This document shows positions 9,852 to 19,266 of a stretch of DNA of 64,000 nt, one piece after another (within the stretch, counting starts at the first letter, position 1; each line of letters begins with the position of its first letter). Origin of the DNA: an uncultured archaeon (GTDB lineage: Archaea > Thermoproteota > Nitrososphaeria > Nitrososphaerales > Gagatemarchaeaceae); assembly GCA_963799775.1 (NCBI GenBank), contig CAWCYD010000002.1, forward strand, positions 192,001 to 256,000. Direction: 5' to 3'. The translations under genes were made by a program, and so were the position numbers. The notes under the pieces were generated by a model. The model worked only from the letters and a program-made list of their open reading frames with translations. It was not told the origin of the DNA and did not search any database.

Positions 9852-10706
9852 TTGAAGATCAGGGACGCGCTTCCCCGCATATTTCAAAAGGCCTACCCTG
9901 CGATAGACCCCAAGACAGAGATCCTTCCAGCGATGTCGCTCTTGCGGTTCCACGAGATCGACGCTCTCCCTCTCGCCTTCGAGCCGGGTTCGAGCCGGAC
10001 GAAGGACAGGCAGAAGGCCGTCTACGGCTTCTCGAGCCTGGCCAGGCTGATGCTGCTGAAACCCAAAGACATCGCGTCCTTCCTAAAGAAGCCCTGCGAG
10101 GTCGCCTCGGAACCGATCGCCTCTGTTAGCGCCGACCGCGACATGTCGAGCCTCTTGGACACCTACGCCAGGACTCGATTCGGCTTCGCTCGGGTAGAGG
10201 ACAAGAAGAAGGTCGGAGCGCTGGCTGGCCTGACGGACCTTCTCGAGCTGTATGAGACGGGCGGGCTCGCAACGGAGCTCAACGCCGTCGATGTCGGGAC
10301 GCCCATCGTGTCAGTGAAGGCCGACACCCCTCTCAGGAACGCTCTCCAGATGATGTTCGAGAAAAGACACAGGAGGATCTTCATCTCGGGCGGCAGAGAA
10401 TTCGTCTCGGACCGGACGATAATCGATCACATATTCAGTCCAGGCATCCTGAGCGCGATGGCGAACAGGGGGGACGACGTCCTGAATATCCCGGTGTCCT
10501 CGGTCGGGATGCTATCCGCTAAAGAGGTCGAAGAAGACACGCCTCTCGCAGACGCGGCCAAGGAACTGAGGGCGCAGCACGCCGGACAGTGCCTCGTGTT
10601 CGATGGCCACGTTGTGACGCCTTGGGACATCGTCATGAAGCCCTGGAATCAGGGTGCGCTGAAGCTCGCAAGCGCATCCGACTCGCGACGATCCAAGCGG
10701 AATTAG
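9852..10706 (+). CDS. CBS-domain protein
   Basis: Repeated CBS-like units (VSVKADTPLRNALQMM..RHRRI; VTPWDIV). Confidence 0.75.
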   Translation: MKIRDALPRIFQKAYPAIDPKTEILPAMSLLRFHEIDALPLAFEPGSSRTKDRQKAVYGFSSLARLMLLKPKDIASFLKKPCEVASEPIASVSADRDMSSLLDTYARTRFGFARVEDKKKVGALAGLTDLLELYETGGLATELNAVDVGTPIVSVKADTPLRNALQMMFEKRHRRIFISGGREFVSDRTIIDHIFSPGILSAMANRGDDVLNIPVSSVGMLSAKEVEEDTPLADAAKELRAQHAGQCLVFDGHVVTPWDIVMKPWNQGALKLASASDSRRSKRN

Positions 10707-11022
10707 TGCACGAGCCGGTCCTCTGAGGAGAGATTCTTTCGCCAAGGGCGAATCTAATCGAGCATCACAACAAAAGGCCGAGAAGGAAGAAGCACAACGC
10801 CTGCCAGGGCTGACCACACGAAGCTCTGCTTGTCGAGCTTGTTCCATCCGAATACGACCGGTTTGAGTCTGGAGAAGACCATCCATTCTGCGAACGCCGA
10901 GACCCCGAAGATCAAGAGCATGGTGTGCGAATGCGCGATGCCAACTTCAGAAGGGTCAGCCTCCGCGCGAGGGTGCTCGAATGTATATATCGCATCTTGC
11001 AAACCATTAGGGCCAACTAGTT

Positions 11023-11946
11023 TTGATTGAGACCGAGAACCTCACGAGGAAGTTCGGTGACCTGACAGCGGTCGATGCTGTGACCTTCCGCGTGGAGGAA
11101 GGAGAGGTCTTCGGCTTCCTCGGACCGAACGGAGCAGGGAAGACGACCACGATCCGGATGCTCTGCTGCCTGATATCGAAGACCAGCGGGAAAGCCAGCA
11201 TCGGGGACTACGATGTAGGCAAAGATTCGGACGCGCTAAAGATAAGGAAGCTCATCGGACTGGTCCCTGACAACGTAGGACTCTACGACGATCTGAGCGC
11301 CTACGACAACCTGGATTTCTACGGGAAGCTCTACGATTGCACGGAAGCGCAGAGGAAGGAGAACATCCAACGCTTCCTCACCATGCTGGGGCTCTGGGAG
11401 AAGAAGGACGTCGCGGTAGGAACCTTCTCGAAAGGCATGAAGCAGAAGCTCGGGATCGCGTGCGCTCTCGTGCACGACCCAAAAGTGCTCTTCATGGACG
11501 AGCCCACCGCGAACCTCGACCCCGAGTCGGCGAAGACCGTCAGGGACTTCATCCTGGACTTGAAGAAGGAGAAAAGGACCATCTTCCTGAACACCCATAA
11601 CCTCGACGAAGCGCAGAAGATTTGCGACAAGATCGCGATCCTAAACACGAAGCTGATGGCGATCGGCACCCCAGAGGAGTTAGAGCGCTCGGCAAGCGGG
11701 AGGACGACCGTCGTCCAGCTGGTGCAGGTGAGCGACGCGATCCTTGCCGCTCTCAGGAAGCTGCCGGTCAGAAACATGGTGGTCGAAGGCAACAAACTGA
11801 CGTTCGACGTCATGGACCCGGAAAAGGAGAACGTCGCCATCGTGGACGCGATATACGGCGCCGGCGGCCACGTCCAAACGGTCACGGTCGTGGGCTCGAC
11901 CTTGGAGGAGGCCTACCTCAAGCTAGTGAGGCTCGACGAAAAATGA
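11023..11946 (+). CDS. ABC transporter ATP-binding protein
   Basis: GPNGAGKT Walker A, FSKGMKQK signature, LFMDEPT Walker B. Confidence 0.95.
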   Translation: MIETENLTRKFGDLTAVDAVTFRVEEGEVFGFLGPNGAGKTTTIRMLCCLISKTSGKASIGDYDVGKDSDALKIRKLIGLVPDNVGLYDDLSAYDNLDFYGKLYDCTEAQRKENIQRFLTMLGLWEKKDVAVGTFSKGMKQKLGIACALVHDPKVLFMDEPTANLDPESAKTVRDFILDLKKEKRTIFLNTHNLDEAQKICDKIAILNTKLMAIGTPEELERSASGRTTVVQLVQVSDAILAALRKLPVRNMVVEGNKLTFDVMDPEKENVAIVDAIYGAGGHVQTVTVVGSTLEEAYLKLVRLDEK

Positions 11947-12688
11947 GACTCTCGAAATCGTGGATTATCGCGTCGAAGGATTTCAGGGTGTTCACGAAGA
12001 AGAAGAACATACTCTACTCGATCATCGTCCTCCCTCTCATGGTCTCGTGCCTTCTTCCGGGTGTGGTGGCGTACGCAGGGCACAAGAATGGCGCGAGCGG
12101 AATCTCAGCGGCGGAACTCACTGTCCTCCTCCCCTCATTCACTTTCTTGTACCTCGTCATCGCTGGCGTTATCCCAAGCACCATCGCCTCCTACACCATA
12201 GTGGGCGAGAAGGTCGAGAAGAGCCTCGAGCGTCTCCTTGCCACGCCTACTACCGATGGCGAGATCTTGCTCGGGAAGGGGATTGCGGCCTTCCTGCCGC
12301 CGATTGCGTCCATCTTGGGGGAGCTACGATCTTCATGGTCCTCATGGACCTGGTGACACGTGGAACGCTCGGGTACGACTTCTTCCCCAACTGGAACGCG
12401 GCCATCGTCCTCTTCGTTATGGTCCCGTTCGCGGTGATCATGAGCGTGGAATGGAACGTCGTCGTCTCTTCGAGGGTGAGCGATGTGCGGGCCGCACAAC
12501 AAATCGGAGCGCTCATTGTGCTCCCCCTCGGGGGCATCTACCTCACGGGCGAGCTCAACTTGGTCTCGCTCGGCAACACCAGCAACCTCCTCATCATCGC
12601 CGGCGTCCTTCTGGCCCTTGACTTGATTCTCCTCTACGTCGCCAAGGCCACGTTCCGCAGGGAGGAGATACTGACAAAATGGAAGTAG
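11943..12688 (+). CDS. ABC-2-type permease (frameshift near 12320)
   Basis: IVGEKVEKSLERLLATP...EILLGK; multiple TM helices across two frames. Confidence 0.85.
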
Positions 12689-12701
12689 TGGGCCAAAGGG
12701 T

Positions 12702-12899
12702 GTGGAAAACACGAATGGTATGAGACTAAGATTGCTGCTAATGGGTTGCATCATCTCGGCCATAGGCGCAATCCTGCTCGCTTCGGGGGGCTTCGCGACA
12801 GATTTCATCGGGTTCCTCGCGGTCGGGACAGTGTTGCTTGTGCTTGGGATACTCTGGAGGTCGCAGAAGCCAGATGGCGTCCGAAGCACGCCGGCATGA
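12702..12899 (+). CDS. small two-helix membrane protein
   Basis: Two hydrophobic helices, directly after the permease. Confidence 0.5.
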   Translation: MENTNGMRLRLLLMGCIISAIGAILLASGGFATDFIGFLAVGTVLLVLGILWRSQKPDGVRSTPA

Positions 12900-13127
12900 T
12901 GGGACTCACCCGCAAGTCTCTTGGCGGTTGATTCGGTCGCGCGGTTCCCGCTTGGGGTCGAGTTGGTAGGCTTCTACTCGGGCCGGAACCAGGTTCGAAC
13001 CCAATCTCCACGAGTCTGCGGCTAGATGTGCCTCGCGGCAAGTATCTCATTTCAGTAATGTTTAGAGCCCATTTACCATCTGAAAGCGTGAATCATGCTA
13101 ATTTTGCTAGACAGAGGCTGAAATAGG

Positions 13128-13152
13128 TAGCCCGTCCAGGGGCTGCACCTGA
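13128..13152 (-). repeat. att-like tRNA(Gln-type) 3'-end copy #5
   Basis: TAGCCCGTCCAGG-ggctgca-cctga; left flank acagaggctgaaatagg is shared with copy #3. Confidence 0.85.
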
Positions 13153-13169
13153 CTAGGTGCGAATCCGTT

Positions 13170-13291
13170 CTACGTCGGCCGTAGGCCTTCCTCCTGTATC
13201 TGATTCTCATGACAAGCACGTCCCCGGCAGCCAGGGCGTAGGTAATCCGGTAGCCGCCGATCTTAATCTTGTAGACGCTTACGCAGGACAA
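13170..13291 (-). pseudogene. C-terminal fragment of a RelE/ParE toxin
   Basis: VYKIKIGGYRITY...VMRIRYRRKAY; N-terminal half absent. Confidence 0.55.
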
Positions 13292-13311
13292 CGGGTTCTG
13301 GTAGTCGTGGG

Positions 13312-14900
13312 CTAGGCCCCGTTGACTGTGTCCGAAGCAGCGCTAGAGGTCGCGCCGTTGTCGGCGTCACCAGCGAACGAAGCTAGGATGTCCACGCTAC
13401 CCTCGGCCCTTCCCCTCACTGTGACGGCGCAGGTCGGACCTGATGGGCCGCAGGTAGATGATGAGAAGGCGCTCCCGGTGCCTCCGAACTGCGGCCATGT
13501 CATCATCTCGCCCGATATCGAACCGCAGCTGTCCGATACGGCCGCGGTGAAGGTCGTGCCGCCTGCGGCACGGGGGAAGAGGTGCCGCCCTGCGTGGTCG
13601 TTGTGGTAGTGGTAGGCGGAGTTATCGCCAGGCCCTTGGTGACGTTGCTCGAGGAGAAGTCCGACGTGTCCGGGCCGTAGGTCGCCGTGACAGCGGCACT
13701 GCCAGACGTAACCCCAATCACTGTAACAGAGCATGAACCATTCAAGAGGGTGCAGGTGCTGGGGGAGAAAGCGACTCTGCCCGTGTCAGCGGAGACAGCG
13801 GACCAGGTCACAGAACCGCTTGGCGTCTGGCCCCCGTCTGCGACAGTCGCGGTGCAGGTCATGCTACCTCCCATTGTGATGGCGTAGGTTGGACAGCTGA
13901 ACGAGGTCGTGGTGGGAATCGAAGTCACTGTGAGCGTGAGCGTCCCTGAGCTGCCATCATTGCTAGAATCCGCCGGATAGGACGCTTGGATGACGGGGTT
14001 GCCCACGCCCGTACCGGCCACTGTGACGGAGCAGCTCATGCCTGAAAGGTTGCAAGTGGAGGAAGAGAATGAGGCGCTCCCGTTTCCTCCGGACTGGGAC
14101 CATGTTATCGTCTCGCCCGATATCGAGCCATAACTTCCCGAGACGGTCCCCGTACACGATGTTGTGGCGTAGGCTTTGACCGAGTCAGCTGTGCACGATA
14201 CCGTTGTCGTGGTGGAGGCAGGGGATATCGAGAGCGACTCGGTGCCGTAGCTGGAGGACGAGTCAGACGTTGCAGGTCCATAGGTGGCCATCATGGTAGC
14301 GTTCCCGCTGCCGACGGCGAGGCCCATCACCGTCACCGAGCAGGAACCGGCAGAAAGAGTGCAGTTGCTCGGCGAGAAGGACACCATGCCTGTCCCTGGG
14401 GGAACCGCGGACCACGTCACGGAACCGGCAGGCGTCTGGCCCCCGTCCGCCACTGTTGCAGAGCAAGTGGCGGTCGAACCCACGGCGACCTTGTCGGGAC
14501 TGCAGCTCACAGTCGTGGTGGTCGCGGCTGCCGTCGTTGTGGTGCTGCTCGAAGACGATGTGCTGGTACTAGTCGTGGTCGAGCCGGTAGCTGTGGTGGT
14601 TCCCGCTGAGGTGGCAGTCGACGTCGTCGATGGGATTGTGGAGCTGGTCGAGGTCGTCGATGCGGCCGTCGAGCTCGTCGACGTGGTAGTTGAGCTGGTG
14701 GCTGAGCTCAATATTGTGGAGCTGGGGGACGTCGTCGTAGTCGAGGTGAAGGAGGATGTCGCAGTCGATGTCACGGTCGTAGTGCTGGGAGGCCCGGAGA
14801 TGAGTGATGCGACGCCTACTCCTACCGTCACCAATACTACGATCATCACGGAGATGACGGGAACGGTTGTGATGGCTGCCGACCGGCGGCTATTTCTTAC
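13312..14900 (-). CDS. Ser/Thr-rich surface protein with Ig-like repeats (frameshift near 13570)
   Basis: N-terminal hydrophobic helix, S/T linker, repeated TTTTVSC...CxATV...GSVTWS...CTL..GSCSVTV units. Confidence 0.7.
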
Positions 14901-15375
14901 GTTTCTCGAGTCTCTCGGATACTCCTGAATAGACCAGCAGCATTACGAACAATACCCCCAGAATCGCCGCGGCTAACAGATCTGAACCAGCGGCAGAATT
15001 GTTGTCGAACGAGTAGATCACATAGGCGGCGAAACAAGCCAGGGCGGTGAGCCCGGTGAAGTAGATGTTCTCACGGTCCATCGATCCATAGAGTTCCACG
15101 GACTCTGGTAATCGGAGCTTGTTCTTCGTCAAGAGGATGTAGTAAAGCACCTGCATTACCGTCAGGAAGAGCAAGATTGTCGCCCCGGTCTCAGTTTCAT
15201 CGATCATCTCCGAGCCTGCGTTGGAGAGGATGGAGCCGAGTAGAACGACCAAGGTGGCGCAAAATGAGAATATTGCGACCAGCGCGTTATCGTGAGCCAG
15301 ATTCTTCCTGAATTTCCCCTCTATCCTAACGATAGACTGCTCGTTTTCAGCCTGCATCTCATCTGCGGGCTTCAT
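14890..15375 (-). CDS. membrane protein
   Basis: Four TM helices. Confidence 0.6.
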   Translation of the reverse strand: MKPADEMQAENEQSIVRIEGKFRKNLAHDNALVAIFSFCATLVVLLGSILSNAGSEMIDETETGATILLFLTVMQVLYYILLTKNKLRLPESVELYGSMDRENIYFTGLTALACFAAYVIYSFDNNSAAGSDLLAAAILGVLFVMLLVYSGVSERLEKRKK

Positions 15376-15478
15376 CAGGGCGACACATGGCGGACTTTTG
15401 ATTTATGAGATTTAAGGGATATGTTTTGGATTTTGGTTCCAGGTGACGTAGAATTCGTCGATGATGTAATCGAGGAGG

Positions 15479-15519
15479 TAGCCCGTCCAGGATTCGAGGC
15501 GCCTGGTTCGATTTGTCCC
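15479..15519 (-). repeat. att-like tRNA(Gln-type) 3'-end copy #6
   Basis: TAGCCCGTCCAGG-attcgaggcg-cctggttcgatttgtccc; arm shared with copy #3. Confidence 0.85.
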
Positions 15520-15589
15520 AGACCGACCGCCCATTCTTCTGCTTTCTTGCCTGAGCTTGGGAGAGTGCAGCGTCGGCATCGCCTGGTCG

Positions 15590-16057
15590 TTAGCTTTCGC
15601 CACTCGAGCGAGACGTTTCCCCTTGGAATCTTTCAAGCAGGCTGTGCAGGGTCATCAATTCGTCCTTTGTAAACGTCGCAAGTGCCTTTTGAAGCATCTC
15701 GGCCTTCTTTATGGCTACTCTCTCGTACAGGGACTTCCCGTCGGGGGTAATCTCAATGACCGTCGCTCTCCTGTCTCCTTTCCCCGGTGTTCTCCTGACT
15801 AGTCTCTTCTCTTCCAGTCGGTCCATTATGCCTGTGACATTGGCAGGAGTGACGAGCATCTCATCGCTCATCTTCCTCATTAGCATCGGTCCATTGTTCG
15901 CAAGAAGGACGAGCGCCAGAAACTGAGAGTCAGTTATTCCCTCGTCCGCGAACAGTTTCAGCCCGGCATGTCTTACCACCTTCGATGTCGCGATAATCGA
16001 GTTGTACGCCTTTTGCTCCACCTCGGCCCTTTCCATTCTTGTGGGCACAGGCAGCAT
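15590..16057 (-). CDS. MarR-family regulator (copy B)
   Basis: Close paralog of 6428..6886. Confidence 0.9.
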   Translation of the reverse strand: MLPVPTRMERAEVEQKAYNSIIATSKVVRHAGLKLFADEGITDSQFLALVLLANNGPMLMRKMSDEMLVTPANVTGIMDRLEEKRLVRRTPGKGDRRATVIEITPDGKSLYERVAIKKAEMLQKALATFTKDELMTLHSLLERFQGETSRSSGES

Positions 16058-16162
16058 GGGCTATTTTAGATATAAATAGTTAAGCCCTCTGTAGTCTGGA
16101 CATACACAGGCTAACTATTAATAGTCAAGCCTTAAATAGTTAAGGTGTTAATCATCACACCC

Positions 16163-17182
16163 ATGTCCGAGCAGCAAAAGCTGAAGCCAAAAGACGAGAT
16201 GCGTGCCGTAACGATAGACCGCTTCGGCGGTCCGGAGACGCTTTCGGTCAGAACCCTCCCTATGCCGAAACCTGGGCCGAATCAGGTCCTGATCCAGGTC
16301 GAATCAGCCGGCATCGGGATATGGGATCTCGCTGAATTGGGAGGAATGCTTGCTCAAAGAGCTGGAATCAAGCCCAGCTTCCCCTGGACGCTCGGCTCGG
16401 AAGGTGCGGGCAAGATCGTGGCAGTCGGACAGAAGGTCACGGGGTTTAGCAAGGGAGACCTAGTTTACGGCATTGTGTGGGGGACAAATCCAAAGGCGGG
16501 ATTCTACGCTGAATATACGGCCGTGAACGCGGACCAGGCGTGGCCGATTCCCTCGACAATAACGGCCCAAGAGGCGGGGGCGCTGCTCATTGCTGGAGGT
16601 ACCGTCCTGCGAGGGCTGGACGACAATCTGAATCTGAAGAAGGGCGAAACACTGTTGGTCTTCGGCGCGAGCGGCGGTTTGGGGCACTTGGCCATCCAAC
16701 TTGGCAAGCGCCTCGGGGCCAGGGTGTTCGCTATAGCCTCGGGGGAGGACGGCGTGGCTCTTGCCCGAAGGTTAGGAGCTGAGGCTGCTGTGGATGGACA
16801 TGGAGGAGACATTCGCGCTCCGGCCCGAGAGTTCGCCCCGGATGGTTTCGATGCGGCCTTGATAACGGTTCGAGGGCAGGCTGAAGGGGCGGTCGAGGCC
16901 GCTGAAAGCGCTCTCACCACATTGCGCGAAGGTGGACGTGTGGCATATCCCTGGACAGACAATTTCAGACCGCCCCCGAGAGTCCCCTCAAGCGTTCGTC
17001 TGCATGGCTACATGTTAGGGAACACCGATCGGGGTCTGGTCATCAAACTCAACAAACTGATCGAAGCCGGCGCGTTCGAGGTGCATCTTGGCAGGACGTT
17101 CACCCTCGAACGGGCAACTGATGCCTACCAAGCTCTAGGCTCACACCATCTGGGCAGGTTAGCTCTGGTCCCAACAAGATAG
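16163..17182 (+). CDS. NADPH:quinone oxidoreductase, MDR superfamily (copy B)
   Basis: Intact paralog of 7002..7987. Confidence 0.9.
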   Translation: MSEQQKLKPKDEMRAVTIDRFGGPETLSVRTLPMPKPGPNQVLIQVESAGIGIWDLAELGGMLAQRAGIKPSFPWTLGSEGAGKIVAVGQKVTGFSKGDLVYGIVWGTNPKAGFYAEYTAVNADQAWPIPSTITAQEAGALLIAGGTVLRGLDDNLNLKKGETLLVFGASGGLGHLAIQLGKRLGARVFAIASGEDGVALARRLGAEAAVDGHGGDIRAPAREFAPDGFDAALITVRGQAEGAVEAAESALTTLREGGRVAYPWTDNFRPPPRVPSSVRLHGYMLGNTDRGLVIKLNKLIEAGAFEVHLGRTFTLERATDAYQALGSHHLGRLALVPTR

Positions 17183-17246
17183 CCAGGCGACAACCAATCA
17201 CATCAGGATTCTCGGGCTAAGCATTACGAGGGCTATTGAATTGGAA

Positions 17247-17290
17247 TAGCCCGTCCAGGTATATAACGCAACGGTTTGAATCCGGATTCG
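17247..17290 (-). repeat. att-like tRNA(Gln-type) 3'-end copy #7
   Basis: TAGCCCGTCCAGG-tatataa-cgcaacggtttgaatccggattc; left flank shared with copy #4. Confidence 0.85.
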
Positions 17291-17364
17291 GTTCGATTCG
17301 TCCCTTCGACCGTGGGGCTCACGGAGAAGCCGCGACAAGCTTTAGGAATGCGTTGACAATTTGT

Positions 17365-17664
17365 TCATAGAGGTTCATTTTTCATGCGGCCGATACTCAT
17401 TCTGACCAAGCCTTGGCTGACGCTGAAGACGCGGTCCACTTTCGCCTTGCTGTCAACAATCAGTTTGCCCGTCTCCAACCCTTCGTTGGTGACCAACACG
17501 GCGTATTCTCGGTATCTCAGGTTAGAAGTCAAAGGAACAGCCACGAAGTCTTCCGAGCGGCGATTGTAGCTGTCGTTTGACAGGACTACAGCAGGTCGTA
17601 CCTTCGATGTCCGGAGATCGGAAAATGGAAACGAGAGAAGTACTATCTCGCGTTGTGTTACCAA
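17365..17664 (-). CDS. mazF: MazF/PemK-family toxin
   Basis: IVLLSFPFSDLRTSKVRPAVVLSN...VPLTS. Confidence 0.85.
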   Translation of the reverse strand: MVTQREIVLLSFPFSDLRTSKVRPAVVLSNDSYNRRSEDFVAVPLTSNLRYREYAVLVTNEGLETGKLIVDSKAKVDRVFSVSQGLVRMSIGRMKNEPL

Positions 17665-17665
17665 C

Positions 17666-17950
17666 TCAACGACGTCCCTTCAGATACTCGTCCCACACGT
17701 CCTCCCCTTTTTTGAGCCAAATCTTCTTCAGCGACTCTTCACCAAGGCCCTGTAGGTCCGCGAACTCACCTTCCAGGATTTCGTTGATTTTCTCGGGCTT
17801 CTCAAGGACTATCTTACGACCCTTTCTAATCAAGAGAAGTTCGTCGCCTCTTGATATGCCGATTTCCCTCTGGATATCAATCGGTATCGAGATTTGCCCC
17901 TTGTCGGAAACCTTGACCTTCTTGAAAGTCAATTCGTCGGCCTGGGTCAT
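17666..17950 (-). CDS. AbrB/MazE-family antitoxin
   Basis: VKVSDKGQISIPIDIQREIGISRGDEL. Confidence 0.85.
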   Translation of the reverse strand: MTQADELTFKKVKVSDKGQISIPIDIQREIGISRGDELLLIRKGRKIVLEKPEKINEILEGEFADLQGLGEESLKKIWLKKGEDVWDEYLKGRR

Positions 17951-18036
17951 GCTGTATTGAAGTAAGGAAATCCTTACATAAATAGCTTTGGAACATTCGC
18001 TCGCAAACGCCGACGGGGCGGGCTGAAAGTGTGTGA

Positions 18037-18070
18037 TAGCCCGTCCAGGATTCGAACATGAATGGGTTCT
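18037..18070 (-). repeat. att-like tRNA(Gln-type) 3'-end copy #8 (longest tRNA match; arm of the Lys-type family)
   Basis: TAGCCCGTCCAGGATTCGAAC is the reverse complement of GTTCGAATCCTGGACGGGCTA; followed by atgaatgggttct. Confidence 0.9.
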
Positions 18071-18614
18071 TGGTTGCTGAAGGAGAATTACGCCGATATG
18101 GACCGGCGAGGACTTCGAAGTCAGAAGAACCTCAAGTCCTAGCGCCCTTCAATACACGAACCCCGACTACTACGATTACAGTAATGACGACAACTAAGAG
18201 TTAGTCCGAAAAACCAAGAGGAAAGAAGAGATTCTCCAAAGTCAGGTCGGCAAACCGAAAGTGTTGTGCATGCCCGCCGCCAAGCTCGTAGAGGCTGTTC
18301 AGACTAGGGTCAGGAATCTGGTTTTGGATGGCTGAGATTCGACCACGGTCTGCCCGTCAAGACGCGTGCTGCGATTACTACGGCCATTATGATTACTGTG
18401 ATTACAACGATTAAGACTACTGTTGAGGAAGCAACCAACCCGCAATCAACGCAAGGGCCCTGACCGCACGAATATATCTTTGCTTTCGGTCAGGAATGCG
18501 ACTTTGAAGCGTTTTGAATCAGTTGCCCTACTCCCCCGCGATTCTCTCATGACTCCGTAATTCCCTCCCGATTGCCGTGCCCCACCACAACAGGTAGTGG
18601 TCAAGTGTGGCTAC

Positions 18615-18965
18615 TTAGAACCAGTCCGGAAAATATCACCTCCAGAAGAGTCCGGCCGCTCGCCAGGTTTCCACGCGCACGCGAAGTGTATCATCGCGAC
18701 GTAGTTCTTTTTCTTCTCCTCTCACCGGATCAGGAGCCTCCTGAACCTGTTGAGCAACGAGTGGGTCCTCTCGACGACCCATCTCCTCGCTCGGTATCCG
18801 GGCCCTCTCCCTCGTCGACTGGTCGACGCCCCTCCTGGCATGTGGCCCATGTATCCCCACGCCTCGACGAGCTCGTCTATCTCTGGCTCGTGGAAAGCAC
18901 GCTAGGCACTGTGATGACCGTCTCCACCGTCGCGATCCTCATGATGGTCTATCGTTTCCCGGCAA
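18615..18965 (-). mobile_element. IS5-family transposase remnant
   Basis: Minus-strand translation RWVVERTHSLLNRFRRLLIR*EEKKKNYVAMIHFACA with an internal stop; possible terminal repeat near 18618. Confidence 0.75.
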
Positions 18966-19266
18966 GATTCTTCGTGGTCGTAACGTTGGCGTGGGACTTT
19001 TCCTATCGGCATCGTTCGCTCTTGGGTTTCCGGTCAGCGTCCTCTCAAAGCTGCCGAACTTCCAGGTCACACCTTCGGTCTACAACACTGTGCTCTGGGT
19101 GAACCAAATCGAGTTCTTGGGCTGGCTTTACTTTGCGTCCGTCCTCCCTGATCTGTCTGCAATATTTCAGAGTGAAAGAGTCTGGCAAGAGTAACATCCA
19201 GGTGGACTATAGTCGCTAACTCTCACTGCAGGTGCTTTTAATGGACCTATTTTTAGCGGGCCCGGC

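Noticed and set aside
3424-18057. TAGCCCGTCCAGG repeats as a CRISPR array or classical attC sites
   Set aside because: Spacing is 0.7-5 kb and gene-filled, there are no cas genes, the attC RYYYAAC/GTTRRRY boxes are absent, and the sequence matches a tRNA 3' end.
18150-18430. GATTAC-rich short repeats
   Set aside because: The minus strand encodes Val/Ile-rich transmembrane remnants (VVLIVVITVIIMAVVIAA), so this is decayed coding sequence rather than a DNA repeat.
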